A stretch of 64,000 nucleotides of DNA from Flaccisagitta enflata. Taxonomy: Eukaryota. Within the stretch, counting starts at the first letter, position 1. The number at the start of each line of letters is the position of its first letter. Below the pieces are notes generated by a model. It did not search any database. It was given only the letters and a program-made list of their open reading frames with translations, and was not told the DNA's origin. The position numbers and the translations under genes are program-made. The stretch is from positions 13,206,001 through 13,270,000 of the forward strand of contig OZ231126.1 in NCBI GenBank assembly GCA_965153355.1, read 5' to 3'. Positions 27,870-43,446 of the stretch are shown here, one piece after another.

Positions 27870-28010
27870 CAGGGGTGTATAAAGTTGAGTATTCCCCCCC
27901 CCCACGGGGGGGGGGGGTTAAAATCAAAAGGTTTGGAGATGGGGAAGAAAATCAAAGGGTGGAAAAGAAAAAAAAAAACAAATTTTCTAAAGATTTTACA
28001 ATTTTGACAG
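27870..28010 (+). mobile_element. Truncated left end of the hAT family seen at 51277-51728
   Basis: caggggtgtataaagttg, a C-tract and ggggaagaaaatcaaaggg, all shared with 51277-51360. Confidence 0.7.
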
Positions 28011-28094
28011 TTCGCTTAGCACACATCTTCGCAAATTCGCATCGTTATATTCACGGTGACACCGTCTGCAAACGTGGAACTCCTATCTTTAAAG

Positions 28095-28276
<182 letters not shown>

Positions 28277-28428
28277 AGACTGTCAGTGGCGAATTTGCAT
28301 GAGGTCAGAACCCACTCGTAATTCGCTAAGTTGACGTCTAACTATGACAACTCGAGGGTCGCCAATGCATAAATGTCTCTTCATCATCATGAGCAGCATT
28401 GGAGAGGTTATATAGGTACCGATTTAAA

Positions 28429-28534
<106 letters not shown>

Positions 28535-28634
28535 AAAGAGTAACAAACAAGCAGAATAACAGAATAACATACTGACTGACTGTCAGACTCACAGGCAGAA
28601 ACCTCCCCCCCCACACACGGACACACACACACAC

Positions 28635-28997
<363 letters not shown>

Positions 28998-30040
28998 CAC
29001 ACAGAGAAATACACATGAAAACCAGGTGATCGAAACATCAACATACTCCCAGCTGGAGAATCTACTCTTGTCCACCACTGCACTGTTGCCACGCCACTCT
29101 TGGCCATATTTCGGACCAGAATGAATTTTGAAAACTTTTTTACAGAATTCGATAAATTTCATTCAATAAAACACAGATAAAGTGAGAATTGATGGTAAAT
29201 TTCGCACTAACTGTACATGAATTTTGTTAAGTTTGGTTCAGATATCATTCTTAACTTAAGATATTGTAGTCACAGACATGCTACACCACACCTTGTATTG
29301 TCCGTCTCTATGTCCTCTCCGTCCATAAGCCCGTAAGTCCGTGCATCACATTATTGAACAATTGTTGCCTGTCTTTTTTGTAGGGTTTTAAGTCGGTTTG
29401 ATTGTCAAATGAGTGAGTGCATCTTTCTTTTTTTACTGCCTCTGCCAAACTGTCCGCAACTGTTGTTTTTTTGCAGGGCTTATCAAAAATGAGGGTTCTG
29501 ACTAGAGTGATTGGCTCCAAGCAGCCTACTGTGGTCTTCGTGGAAGCTCACGTGGTAAAACAGAAAGAGACAATGACATACGGAATCGAAGAGCTAAGGC
29601 AGTAAAGGTCGGTCCTAAGTCGTAAGACTTCTTCTCATCGTTATTACTGACGTAATGCGATGTCATAAAAGATGTCATAATCGACGTCATAATCGTTTCG
29701 ATCTTACGATGCGATTTTATTGACAGAGTCTCTTCCGTACAAGTTGTAGGTCTGTCAGTTTGTCGGTGCATAGGCCGGCCGGCCGGTCGGTCGGTCTTAA
29801 CTTTTAAAACTCCTTTCACTTTCGAGATTTTAATGTCTCTTCCGTTCAGTAATCCCAAGATTACGACTTTTGGCCACATGCCTCCATGTGTCGCACTTCC
29901 TCCGCACTCACTCATGTGTTATTTGGTAAAGCTGTATTCATATGTTCTTGACTGTCTGATGCCCGTGTTTTGTGTGTGCGTGTGTGCGTGTGTGCGTGTG
30001 CGTGTGTGAGTGTGAGTGAGTGTATGCGTGTGTGCGTGTG

Positions 30041-30106
<66 letters not shown>

Positions 30107-30728
30107 TCTCCCTTTCTCTCTCCGTATGGTCACTCTCACTATTCTTAATGTTGCGTATCATAGTCGATTTGCATCATTTCGTTTTGACTAAAAGAGTCGT
30201 TTTGACTTTCATTGACTGAATCAATTCGTGCAGAACTTTTAATGCTGAGTATACGATTACGAAATATTGAGCATATGTGCAATGACCACGATTTTTAGTC
30301 GCGTGCACGCGACTCTACAACTCGCTTTGTCCGTCCGACGGTAGGTTGATAGGTACGCACTTTACTTTTTTGTTTCTGTTTCTATCTGCCTTACATCTTC
30401 TCCTAGCCTCTTCCCCTCTTCCCCTTTTACCCAACTATATTATCCATTGGGAAATGTGTTTAAGTTATGACTTACCACGCGTATCAATAAAAAAGACGCA
30501 GTTTTGAATGACTGATTTTGGCAACATATTTGATAAAACCTATTGAAATTCTAGAACATTGGAAAGCCCTTTGAAAATACTTTCAGTTGGTTTCAATCTG
30601 GTATTTCTATCTTTTTCGTTTGGAAATGGCATTAGTTTGAGTGGAAATTTTGCCTTTTCATTTTCACAATCCCCTTGTAAAAAAGTCCCTTTTAGCAAAA
30701 TAGAGAAAGATTTTTGAAAATCTTTAAA

Positions 30729-31256
30729 CAGTCAGCGGACAAAACACAATAGGTATATATATCACTCCGTTGGTTTTGATCCAACCCACTGATGTTGAAC
30801 AGAATGCTGCAAACAACAACTGGTTGTTGAAATTACAGCTGGCTGTTAAGTTACAAAGTTGGCAAAAATCAATCTTTTCCAAAATAGAATGAGACCTGCA
30901 AACTCATACTCCTGATAAAATTCTGAGAATTTTGATATGTCACACTTAACACTTTTTGTAAAAAATATTTTTTTTAACATTGCGTTATAATTAAATTAAA
31001 CAAAGATATTTTCTTTTTATTTTCATGTAAAAGTATATGTTGTGACATATCAAACTTCTTAGAATTTCATCAGGATTATGAATCTGCAGGTCTCATTTTA
31101 TTTGGTGAAAGCTGGATTTTTGCCAACTTTGTAACTTAACAGCCGGCTGTAATTTCAACAACCAGTTGTTGTTTACAGCATTCTGTTCAACATCAGTGGG
31201 TTGCATCAAAACCAACCGAGTGATATATATACCTATTGTGTTTTGTCCGCTGACTG
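30729..31256. mobile_element. Foldback Tc1/mariner-type MITE (near-complete palindrome)
   Basis: CAGTCAGCGGACAAAACACAATAGG... arms longer than 200 bp. TA on the right flank, AA on the left. Confidence 0.92.
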
Positions 31257-32000
31257 TAAAGATGTCTAAATTGAAAAAAAAAAAATCATTTCTTTTTTGT
31301 ATCTGTTTTTTTCTTTTTTTTTATTCGCGTGGAATGAGTTAGCATTAATGTTCTGAGTCTTAAGGATTCAAGCAAAAGCAGTCCCATCATAGTTTGAAAT
31401 CAATTTTGCTATCTCCCCAAGCATGTTTTCCAAACCTATCGCTCGTGCCGCCTGGACCATAACAATGCTAAACTTAACTTAGATGATTATAAATGTTCAA
31501 GAGAGTTGAAAGGTCTGCTCATATGTAACGTGTCTTGGTCAAAGGCCTTCAATTTTGCACAGCATCGTTTCACTTATTCGTTTGAATGTCTCATGTTGCC
31601 CTTCTGTTTCCCCCTCTCTATTTTATCGTCTCTCATCTTAGGTTCTGCCAACCCCTCTCACTTGACTTCTCTCCTCTCCTGTCCCCTCTTACCTACTCAC
31701 CTTCCTCACCTTCCTCTTTCCTCCCCTCTTCTCTTTCCCTTCCTTCATTTCTACCCTCCCACAACCTCTTATTCTTTTCCCCTCAAATATTTAGCCTCCT
31801 TTCTCACCTCCCATCTATTCACCCTCCTCTATTCCTTCCTCTCTTTTCTTTCCCCCTCGCTTTTATCTTCTTTCTTCCCCTCGTCGTCTTCCCCCCCCCC
31901 CCACCCTCCTCTTTTCTCCCCTCTCTACCTCAGCAGGGCGCCGTATCTCAACGGGAGTTTTAAGCGCAGTTCCGGCTGGCAAGCGCCCTTTACTGATTGC

Positions 32001-32070
<70 letters not shown>

Positions 32071-32253
32071 CGCTCTCGCACTCAAATCTAAGTAGCCACC
32101 TTAACAACGGTAAATAGTATGGAATGAATTCTCCTCTCTTTCTTCTCTTTCATCTTCCTGATTATCAACCACCGGCTAATTTTTTGTTTCCACCCATCCC
32201 CTGTTGCTTCCTCTTCACTCCCATCGAGCATCGTTTAGACTGAGCAAAAAGAT

Positions 32254-32307
<54 letters not shown>

Positions 32308-33265
32308 GCACGTTGGTAACGTGGCAAATGGACAACATTGTCGGTTTGTCGTCGGTTTTGTCGTTTAGCCGGTTGGAGAAAATGCTTCTTGGAGATTCTG
32401 CTTCAGTCTTCGCTGAGCAATATGGAATAAAGTGGCGTAGAGTGGAAAAGCGTGGATGAACGGAGGTCGGGCTTTCCAAAAAAAGAACGTTCGGAGGTCG
32501 GAGGCGTTCCAAAGATGGAAGAACAGAGGTCAGGCGTGTGTTTCAGAGACGAAACATTTTTTTAAGGTGGATTTGAAATGGAACATTGTCAGAAGATGAC
32601 ACCGTTGTCCTTTTTTTTTCCAAAGTTCAAGGTTATGATCATTTTTGTTCTACTTCCCGCTTAAACTTTAAAGGAACAAGAAAGAAAAATCCTATAAAAC
32701 AGGGCCCGAGACATTCAAAATTTGGTTTCTGATGTCAGCCAGCAATTTATGCCATGTGAAACATTTCACTAGCATTGCATGGTGGGGAGTTAGAATTCCA
32801 TGGAGTATCGCAACAGACAAAAATATCGTTTATTAGAAATTTCATTTATGAATTATTTAAATCCTTCAGTACAATGGGAGCAATAACGACAGTACAAAGA
32901 CGGCCTCCTATGATCTCACAATTCAAATGAAGAACTAAAAGCTTTGATTTTACTAAAAGCTGATGATCCAAAGTATTGACTGAATACAAAATTCAATACC
33001 AAGTGATTCAGAGGAAAACTGACAATTGAATTCTCTTTACTGTGTGTGGCTCAATGACCGGTAGAATACTGAACTAGAGTTCAGAAACATTGCTATCGTC
33101 AGGGTCACAACTTGGACTTCTTGGTCGACAATTACAGGTAAAAGTACAAAACTATATTCACTCAAAGCAACAATTATTCGGCAAAGAAAACGCGAAAGTG
33201 AACGTCACCACACTTTTTGGAGTGCATTTTTTGGGTCTAAAAAGCAAGGATTTGCATAAGACACA

Positions 33266-33543
33266 TTTTTTAGATGCGTCCTCGCATATCTATAAGAGGG
33301 TCTGTCCGTCGGTCCGTCGGTCGGTCCGTCGGTCGGTTTGTCGGTCGGTCCGTTACGCCTCCTTGAAAATCGCAGTTTTTGGCCCTTTTCAGCCGCGAGG
33401 ATGTCGTTAGAATGTTCTGAGAGCCTCTTTTGATCTGATAATAACTATAAGTCTTTTCATCTGTCAGTCAAACCAAATCTAGTGCCGAAGTCGCTACGCA
33501 CAGAGATACAGTCAGGACGCATCGTTGCCTGATCGGGCTTGTT
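33266..33543 (+). mobile_element. HINE
   Basis: tttttagatgcgtcctcgcat, (GTCG)n and ggacgcatc...gcctgatcgggcttgtt. Confidence 0.85.
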
Positions 33544-33768
33544 ATTCTACATTACACCGAGTACATAACTTCATCAATTGCAACGCAATGCTGATTCTTG
33601 ATCACTATCATTCATCTGTCTGTCTGTCTCTCTGTCTGTTTGTCTGTGAAACTGTTTGTCTGTCTTACTGTTTGTCTTTGTGTCTGTCTGTGTGTATTTT
33701 TCTGTCTGTCTGTCTGCCTGTCTGTCTATCTGTCTGTCTGTCAGTCAGTCAGTCAGTCAGTCTTTGAC

Positions 33769-33836
<68 letters not shown>

Positions 33837-33962
33837 CCAATCGGTTTCCTTCTTTGAAAATTTGCTGTATTCTATCAAAGCCAGCTAAAAACTTCCCTCC
33901 AGGGGTTCCGCCACATTTGCACAAATCCGCACAACACCACCACGACGGCATCCATCCCTATC

Positions 33963-34052
<90 letters not shown>

Positions 34053-34156
34053 CATATCCTCTTCATCCAAGCCTATCATCCTCGTCTCACCCTAACCAAT
34101 TGAGGCTGTAATCCGAGCACGACATGACGTCATGGCTCGTCATGGACACCACGTAA

Positions 34157-34431
34157 GGGCGTGTTTCTAGTGAAGACCAAAATCGCGTTTGTTCCCGACG
34201 AACGCGTTAACAGCGTGAACACATATTCAAGAATTTCAACTGTCCCACGAGGGAGTGAGCGAAGTGCGGAGAGGAGCTGAGCCCGCGAACGGAGCAGCGA
34301 AAGGTGCCGGAGCCAGAATGCCGGAGCGCTGGCGGCTTGTCAGCTGGAGCCGAGCGGTGCGAGCGAACGAACGTAGCGAGCGACCGAGTGGCCCTTTCAA
34401 AACGCGATCCTCTTTGACTAGAAACGCCCCC
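34157..34431. mobile_element. PIF/Harbinger-type MITE
   Basis: TAA TSD (34154-34156, 34432-34434); GGG termini with an imperfect TIR ...GTTTCTAGT. Confidence 0.85.
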
Positions 34432-34911
34432 TAAGGGTACAACAGTGGAAGAGGATCAAGAACAAGAACAAGAACAAGAAGGTCTGTCATGTTGGCTTCC
34501 GCGTCGATGCCGTAGTTCCGTTTAAAAACTGACTTGGACTACTGGATACCCGCGCGCCTCGTTTCATCCCCGCAATAATGTGAGTGTACCATCGATGCAC
34601 TTTGGGTGGGAAATTTGAAAAGTCATACGTTTATGCATTCATTGATTTCAATGATATTGTAAGTTTCAATTACCCCGACTTTGTATCTTGTAAAGCGACC
34701 ATTTTCATTTTTGACGTAGGTTTAATGCGTTGCAGAAAGAGTGACAGGTTTGTGACACGCGATTAATCACTTTTTAGAAAGGCGTTATTTCTGATGAATT
34801 TGTCAATACAATCCGATCTGAGAAATAGAGCTTTACACTTTTCTGCTTCCAGCGCCATTACCTCAAACACACTAACCACAGATTGATTAAAGAAATTTGT
34901 TTATTCAGTCA

Positions 34912-35571
34912 TTTTGGGCAGCTGCCCCGAAGCGGCCGATGACCTATGCTTTCACATAGGGAAAATTTTTCCTCCTTCTTCTCCTCCTTCTATGTCCTTC
35001 CCCCCCCCCCCCGCCATAAGACTCAAATCCCATTCTCAACGTTTAAATCTCAGTCTTGAGGCTCAAATCCCGGTCTTGAGGCTCAAATCCCAGTCTTGAG
35101 GCTCAAATCTCAGTCTTGATGCTTAAATCCCAGTCTTGAGGCTGAAATCCTAGTCTTGAGGCTGAAATCCCAGCCCCAAGGTCCTTACCCGAGCTGCAAG
35201 ACTCAAATCCCAGTCTTGAGGCTCAAATCCCGGCCATGAGACTCTAACCCCAGTCTCAAATTCTTAAATCCCAGTCTTGATGCTCAAATCCCAGTCTTGA
35301 GGCTCAAATCCCAGTCTCGAGGCTCAAATCCCAGTCATGAGGCTGAAATCCCAGCCCCAAGGACCTTATCCCAGCCACAAGGCTCAAATCCCAGTCTTGA
35401 GACTCAAATCCTAGTCTTGATCCATTATTGCAATTTTGTTTGTTAGCCAGTCATATGTAGTCATTCAGTAAATCTTACTTTCATCATTTCAAAACAGCAT
35501 AGGTCACCTCTCACCATCACACATCCACATACATTCAAATAAGGGCAACGGGTACCGCTGACCATCTAACG
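34912..35571 (+). mobile_element. GGGCAGCGG-family element, gacctatgct subtype, with a 20-bp minisatellite
   Basis: ttttgggcagctgcccc start, (gaggctcaaatcccagtctt)n at 35020-35420, and gggtaccgctgaccatctaacg. Confidence 0.85.
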
Positions 35572-36017
35572 AGAGATCTATTGAGAGATAAAGATTAATA
35601 AAACCTTTCTTATTCTCATGCCATTAAACACACACAATCAATGATATTCGTCAATTCAATCCCATCTAGTAGCATTTAACATCCCGTCGTGCTTTAAACT
35701 CTCTCCCTACGCTCTGTTACAACATCCCCTTATAATCCGTATCCACTGATCACGTAATTATGCCATTAAAGTTTAACGATCGAGAGAGAGAGAGAAAGAG
35801 AAAGAGACAGAAAGAGAGAGAAAGGAGAGGAGAAGAGGACCCGGTTATAAATTGGGTTATACATTGGTAAATTTATGGGGAAATATTGTACGACGCATAA
35901 CGACCGACCGCAAATTTCTGTCACTTACGTGCGCATGCGTGTATACGACCAACTTTGTTGTAAGAAATGGGAGAGAGAGAGAAAGAGAGAGAAAGAGAGA
36001 GAGAGGGAGAGGGAGAG

Positions 36018-36203
<186 letters not shown>

Positions 36204-36520
36204 ACAGCAAGACAGACAATAATCCAGACAGATTGAAAGTCAGACAGAATTGTATACTGTATACAGACAGACAGAGGGAGAGTTAAAGATGGCGACAGAG
36301 AGACAGTTAGAGGTGACAAAAAGGCAGTAGGAAAGACACACAAATAACAAGAGACAAAGAGGCAGACAGAAAATCAAAATGAAGAGAGATGAAATGACGT
36401 GAATGACCACAGTAACGATGAAGGCAACAACAATTCTGAGTAATGGAGTCAAAAGCGAAAATCTTAATAAAGAATCTCAATAAAGCGATTACCGATGTAA
36501 CATCCGTAATAAACTTCCGA

Positions 36521-36649
<129 letters not shown>

Positions 36650-37027
36650 GTTTCCCAGGCTCCAGTAACCAAAGAAACCGAAATCCTAAGACTTCCCCAA
36701 CTGAAAGAGATTTTCATTAACCGCCGTTTCTATTTTTCATTAAGTCTACGTTGCTGGCTCTCAAAAATTGTCTCAGAAACTTTTACAATTTGCAAGGACG
36801 CAAAAATTGGACACGAAGAGACACAAAAAACGCATCTCTGGGCATCTTTCACGCATTGGCACCTATGAGAACGGTTTTTGTCCATCAACCTTAGATGAAA
36901 TGACCCTTACAGTTTTGGTACGTCTGAAACCAACTTTTGCTATATATACAGACTCAAAGTTACGACCCACTGTTACCATAGAATCGATTTTCATGACCTT
37001 CGGATGAATATTTTTGTATCTGTCCAA

Positions 37028-37118
<91 letters not shown>

Positions 37119-37265
37119 AGGACCCTGTATGTACGTGTGCGTTTGCCTATCTACTTCTCTGTTTCTGTCCTTTTATCTCTGTCTGTTAGTATGCCTATTT
37201 GTTCGTCAGTCAGTATCTTCATGTAAAACTTTCTCTCTGTCAGTCTCTGTCTCTCTCTCTGTCTC

Positions 37266-37298
<33 letters not shown>

Positions 37299-37326
37299 TT
37301 CTTCGTTTCGTTTCGCTCTCTCTCTC

Positions 37327-37451
<125 letters not shown>

Positions 37452-38445
37452 TTCTCTCTCTCTCTCTCTCTTCCACTTTTTTTCCTTTTGGTTTCAGCTT
37501 TCTTTTGTCGCTTCCGCACGTCGCCTTTGGCGCGTTGGTGAATAGATTCTCATGATGGTCCGTCTCCTCTTTATCTCCTGCTTCTCTTCCTCCCCTTCCT
37601 CCTCTTCTTCCTCTTCTTCTTTGCCTTCTCCTCTTCCTCCTCCTCCACCACTTTCCTCCCCCTTCCCATTTTCCCCGTTTCCTCCCTCTCTTTATTTTCT
37701 CCCTTTCCTCCATTTCTTCTTCATCATCTCATTCTTCCACTTGTTCTTTAAGTATCTCACTCCCTTCTCCACCTCCTCTTCATCTTTCTCTTCTCCTCCT
37801 CCTCCACCTCCTCCTCCTCCTCCTCTTCTTCTTCTGTAATCCTCATCATAGACCCCTTTTACTTCTCGTGCCTTGTCTTCCTCTTCACCTGAGGCCTACT
37901 GTATCCGGACATGTTGTCTGAGGTATCCTCATCTCATGTCTTGGAACTAGGGTTTGAACATTGAACAAGAGTTGCAATAACCAATGAGAGTACAGTCAGC
38001 CCAGTGCATTGACATTAAAACTGGAGTAGTATCAATACACTTCAGTAAATATTCATCTTACTGGATTTACTAGAAGTATGCTCTTCATGGTTTATTTACA
38101 TGTGTTTCACGTGCAAAAGTCTGTAAATCTGTTAAAGGCGGTATTCATGGCAGACTAGTAAGAGAACTACCATAAGCATGAAATATATGAGACTATGATT
38201 CTTCTTCTTCTTCTTCTTCTTCTTCTTCATCTTCTTCTTCTTCTTCTTCTTCTTCTTCTTCTTCTTCTTCTTCTTCTTCTTCTTCTTCTTCTTCTCCTTC
38301 TTCTTCTTCTTATTCTGTTTCTTTCTCCTTTTTTTTTCTTCTTGTTCCTTTTCTTCTTCCTTTTCTTCTATTTCTTCTTCTTTCTTTTCTTCCTTTTTTC
38401 TTTTTTCTTTTTTCTTTTTCTTTTTCTTTTTTTTTTCTTCTTCTT

Positions 38446-38476
<31 letters not shown>

Positions 38477-38930
38477 TTCTTCTTCTTTTTCTACTTCCTC
38501 CTCCTCTTAAACTCCTCATCCTCCTCTTCATATCTTACTCATCTTAATCCTCCTCTTCATCTTCATCTTCGTTTTCTCCCATTCCATCGGACGCGTGAGT
38601 TCTTTTTTCTTTTCTTTTCTTTTTTTCCCCTTTCTTTCTATTCCCTCTCTCCGTCATTCTCCTCTTTGATATCATCAACTTCATCTTCATCACGGTTGTT
38701 ATCAGGTTGATCGTCTTCATCGTCGCCATCGTCGTCGTCGTCGTCGTCGTCGTCATCATTGGTCGCATTCCATGCGCACTTACGTCACCATCGGTTGCAG
38801 ACATCGACAAGTCTATCTAGTGACATCCACCCAAAGCTCCTCATGTGCCTATCTTGCGCCTATCTCTCTGTCTTGAACTGTTGAGGGTCTCAATATATTC
38901 CCGAACTAATGGTTGATTCCTTAACTGGAC

Positions 38931-39290
38931 GAATTTAGAATAGCTAATTATTCTCGCTTCTTTGATATTCAAATGACTCACTACTGACGGACTGACCATA
39001 CTATTTATTTCTGCGTCTGTTTCAACTTCTAGTCATCTTATTATTGCCTCCACCAGAATTTAGATTGATTGTTTATTCTCGCATCGTTGATTTTTTAAAT
39101 GACTCACTACTTACTGACTGATGATACTATTTATTTCCGCGTCTTTTTCAACTTCTAGTCATTTGATTACTGTCTCCACCAGAAATTAGAATAGCTATTT
39201 ATTCTCGTTTCGTTGAGTTTTTTTAAATAACCCACTACTGACTGACTGACGACACTATTTATTTCCGTCCTCTTCTTGATTTCTAGTCAT
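38931..39290. repeat. ~126-bp tandem repeat, 3 units
   Basis: Units start near 38931, 39056 and 39182 (gaa(t/a)ttaga...ttattctcg...ttctagtcat). Confidence 0.85.
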
Positions 39291-39751
39291 TGAAACGTTT
39301 ACCTTCAAAAAAACTTTTGGTGCCAAATGCGTCTTCAACACAAGAGAGAAGGGAAACCTCAATACTTTTCTAGATAGCTCTCGACCTCACTGAGACTCTT
39401 TTGCGGAGGGTTGCCACACATTCCAATGGGAGCTCAGAAGTCAGGGAACGTAAAACATGGGAAGGAGTATAAATTTTTTCTTTTAGACAACCTTTTAGTA
39501 AAACTAAGTCTTATCTATTGTCAGTAGTTTATAGAAATTTGATTCTCAAGAAAAAAAACATTGATACTAATTTCAAAATATTTACACATGTCATTCTTCT
39601 TCCTTTTCATATAAAAAAAAAAAAAATGTAAATCAATCGAATGGACATGAACTCATAGAAAAAAAAAAAAAAAAAAAAAAAACACTTCCAATCAACCCTA
39701 TCGGTCTCTACATTAGACTTTTACTTCCCTACATTTGCCCAGTTTTGTTCC

Positions 39752-39940
39752 TTTTTGGGCAGCGGCCTCAAAGGGCCGATGTCCTGTAGGACACAGGGGG
39801 GAATTTCTAACCGTCCGTCCGTCCTTCTGTCCGTCTCCCCTCCCCTGTTGACCATCGGGGCCTCAAATCAGCATTCTCAGGCCTAATTTAGGGCCTATAA
39901 GCCCTTAAATCAGCCCTCCAGGCCACAAATCAGCTCTTCA
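39752..39940 (+). mobile_element. 5' fragment of a GGGCAGCGG-family element
   Basis: tttttgggcagcggcctcaaagggccgatgtcctgtaggacacaggg; no 3' end found. Confidence 0.75.
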
Positions 39941-40225
39941 TTGCGCCCATATTCCTCCGAGTGGCGGTGCTACCCGCTACGCCATTAAGAGTACGCCTAC
40001 CAATTAATTTCAAATGGTTGTCATATCTTAATTGCAAAAAATTTCCTACTCTTGATTTCATATTCTCTATTTCTGAAAGACATAATTTCGCTTAAAATCG
40101 CTTAAACGTTGTTAAATGAATAAAAAAAATCTGTTTGAAATACCCTGTCTTCAAGAGCAACAACTAGCAAAAGAATCATTGTGTCAAACTATTTAAGGTA
40201 TGTTTTGAATTTCGGGTTTGTACTA

Positions 40226-41652
40226 CATTACGATGGCACGGCGTCCAGGAACAAACCATAGGTCGAAAAAAATGGTCAAGACTCCTGACCTGGGAAAAAG
40301 TCTTTTTTGATGCATTAGCTATCAAATTATGGCAAAAATAAAAAAATCGGCTTGGAAATATAAAATTCAAAGCTTAAAGATAGCAAAAATGAAGTATTTT
40401 TATATATCTTTCATATCAGAAATTAGGATTGTAGCTTCAGGCTGTTTAAAAAATATCTGAGAAGTGTGGCAATTGTTGCTGTAATAATGTTTTACTTATT
40501 TGGTAAGTATGGAGGGTTATTTTATGAATAAAAACTGAAAAAACTATCAAAACTATCAAATTGATTTTTTTTCAGCCTATTTTCATAATTACTTCTTTAA
40601 AATTCTTGAAGACTATGAAAAGTGTATAAATATTGTTGAGATACACATGCTGGAATATAATCCAGCTAGTTTTAAGAAATATTTGATAGATTAGAGCTTA
40701 GAAATAGCAAAAAATAATAAAAAATAGTCATTTTACAACAGTTTTTGGCATTTTTTTGTTTTGATTATTGGAAAATCACTCTAAACAAACTGAAGTAGGT
40801 AAAAGCATTAGTGCAACCACTGTAGCCAGACTTTTCATACATTTCTTCATACTTTTAGAAGCTATGAATACAATTTTTAATCTAAAATATGCTTAAAAAT
40901 ACCTTTTTTGGCTATTATTTGACCATCAATTCTATATTTCTAAGCAGATTTTTTTATTCTTACCATTAATTTGTAGCTAATGCATCAAAAAAGACATTTC
41001 CCCAGGTCAGGAGTCTTGACCATTTTTTTAGACCTAGGGTTTGTTCCTGGATGCCGTGATGGGAGCAAAGACGACCTAGACTAGAGGATAGATTTTAGGT
41101 ATCTTAATTTTATTTGATGTATAAAAAGATTTAAGATCTATACTAGCTAAAGGTTACTCTATTGCTTGAATATATTGGCTTCTCTCATTCTTCAACTTGT
41201 GACTTGACTTTGTCAGGACTTTATTTTTCAATGTTCTAACCTGGCTCATCAGATTGGGCAGAAAATTTTATATAATTAAAAAAAAAAATCAGCCCAATCG
41301 GACCATTTTTTTAGGTTTTATGCCTGTTTAAAGTTTTGCCCAGATATTAATTTATATAATTATTCTTTTTGGAAAATAACTATAAACCTGTGAAAATAGT
41401 CCGATTGAACTGATTTTTTTTTTCAAAATCATATAAAACTTTTAGCCCAATCTGATGGGCTAGGTTAGAACTTTGAAAAATGAAGTTCTGATGAGGTCAA
41501 GTCACAAGTTCAAGAATGAGAAAAGCTAATATATTCTTGCAATTGAGCAACCTTTTATTAACACAGATCTCAATTTCTTAAAAAAATCAACTGAAATTAA
41601 GATACTTAAAATCGATCCTCCAGTCTAGGTCGTTTTTGCTCCCATCGTACTG
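40226..41652. mobile_element. Foldback Tc1/pogo-type MITE, middle layer; its left TIR is interrupted
   Basis: TA-CA(T/G)TACGATGG|GAGCAAAGACGACCTAGACT ... AGTCTAGGTCGTTTTTGCTCCCATCGTACTG-TA; 41059-41652 is a long imperfect palindrome. Confidence 0.85.
40237..41058. mobile_element. Chapaev-like non-autonomous element, inner layer
   Basis: CACGG...CCGTG termini, TIRs of about 100 bp and a 4-bp TSD ATGG (40233-40236, 41059-41062). Confidence 0.8.
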
Positions 41653-43446
41653 TATCTATTAGCATATTACCTGCAATTTCATCAAAATATTGGGATTTTA
41701 ATTTGGAATGAAGGAGTTTAGCCTCTTTGATCTTGTATGAATAGAGAAAATATTGATAAAAAATGTTCAAACTGATCCCAATGAAGGTTCTTTTGCTTAC
41801 AAATTTGTTTTTTTGTCAAATGATGTATGATTTTAAGAAATTCCTAACATAAAAGACAAATTCTTAACATGAAAAGTTATTTGACTGTGGAACATGTGAA
41901 AGCCATGAAAAAACATAATGAATTTTGTTCTTTTTGCTGTTTTCTTTTTTTTTTCTTTTTTTTTGATCTAGCATAATTCCCTGCAAAAGATCTTTAATTT
42001 GAGTTTAGAAATTACATAAGATTAAAGTGGAAGACCTCCATTCAGCACTGAAATGAAAAGATGTCAAGCAAGATAAGGATTTTTACTTGCAAATGGCATA
42101 GAAGCTAAACTATTTGACTATAAGTGTTGAAATTTTGCATGAAATAACCGCAGGTAACATACTATTAGATAGCACAAATCCGAATGAACAGATGTGAATA
42201 GTTTTCATACAATAAAACATTTGCTGGTTGCAGTTGCTTCTGAAGACAGGGTATGTTTTCTTAGGGTCTGAACATAATTCGTATAGTTGACCCGCCTTTT
42301 ACCAAAATGAGCCTGGTTCTCTGACATTCCTTGCTAACACCCTCGCTCTCCCCCACTACAATCTACCTTTTCTTCCTTCTCGATCTCCCCTTCCACCACT
42401 CCGACAATCCCTACTTCCCCCGCAGTCTCCCACCCATCCCACCCTTCTTTCAGAAAACCCTTCACCAATCCCCACACAAAACGACTAAATATTTCCGTTT
42501 GTATGCCTTTTCCAGCCTTTGCTCCTCTTCCTCTTCACCCTCTAATTGACAGTCATGAGTCCCTTGCTCTTCTATTTTTTCCCTCCCTTCTCTCTCTTCC
42601 TCTTCCGCTTCCTCCTCATCACTCCTATCAATTTCCATTTTGCTCTTCCTTATCGTAGAATCCTTTACAGAGATTCCCTTCCGTTTACGCGTTTCTCTCC
42701 CCCTCCTCTTCTTTCACTACTTCTTCTTCCTCTTCTTCTTCCTCCTCTTTCTCCTCCTCCTCTTCCTCCTTTTCCTCTGCCTCCTCCTCCGCTCTTCCCA
42801 TTTCCCGACATTTTTTTTTGCCTTTTAGCAATCTCGAATTTTCCCCCGTTTGTGAATCTTTACCGCTTTGAGAAGGCACCAACACAAAGTTCACAAATGA
42901 ACAGAGAATCAACTAAAAAAAACAATAGAGATCTTACATTAACAAAAAACAACATTTTAATAACACTTCAAAATCATCCAAAATTTTGAAATATATTTTA
43001 AAACACAACGCAATAAACCTTTTTTTGATTCCTCAATTCACCTGTTTCTCCACAAAGAAACCATTTCGAATGAAAGGTTTTTTTTTTCGTCGTATCTCTC
43101 TCTCTCTCTCGCTCACTCAAGGAATCAACATCGCGATTAACTAACTCAGTCTTCCACTCATTTATTCTCACCAGCTAACGGATTTTCTGAGGTACTGGCG
43201 CACTTTGGACCTAGAAGAAAGTGCAAGGATTAAGTCAAATCATTGAATCGTTTCATCGGTTTCTCTTCATTCACAATTTGTGGGTAGTTTTAAGCGTCAT
43301 GCTTTAGGAAAATTATAATAAAGAATTAAAGATGAATAAAAAAACTCTCGCCCCGCAAACGATAATGAAATGATTAACGCCTAAACGGTGTTCAACCACA
43401 ACATCTTTTTTCTTCTTTTTCCTTGCTTATCGGATTTGATTCTTAA

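Larger units (their letters stand above)
40143..42251. mobile_element. TA-flanked TIR element, outer layer of a nest
   Basis: TA-CCCTGTCTTCA..AGCAAC / GTTGCT..TGAAGACAGGG-TA. Confidence 0.75.

Noticed and set aside
30460-31348. Possible TTAA-flanked host around the 30729-31256 foldback
   Set aside because: Only a short ccacgcg/cgcgtgg match supports the ends, which is too degenerate to call.
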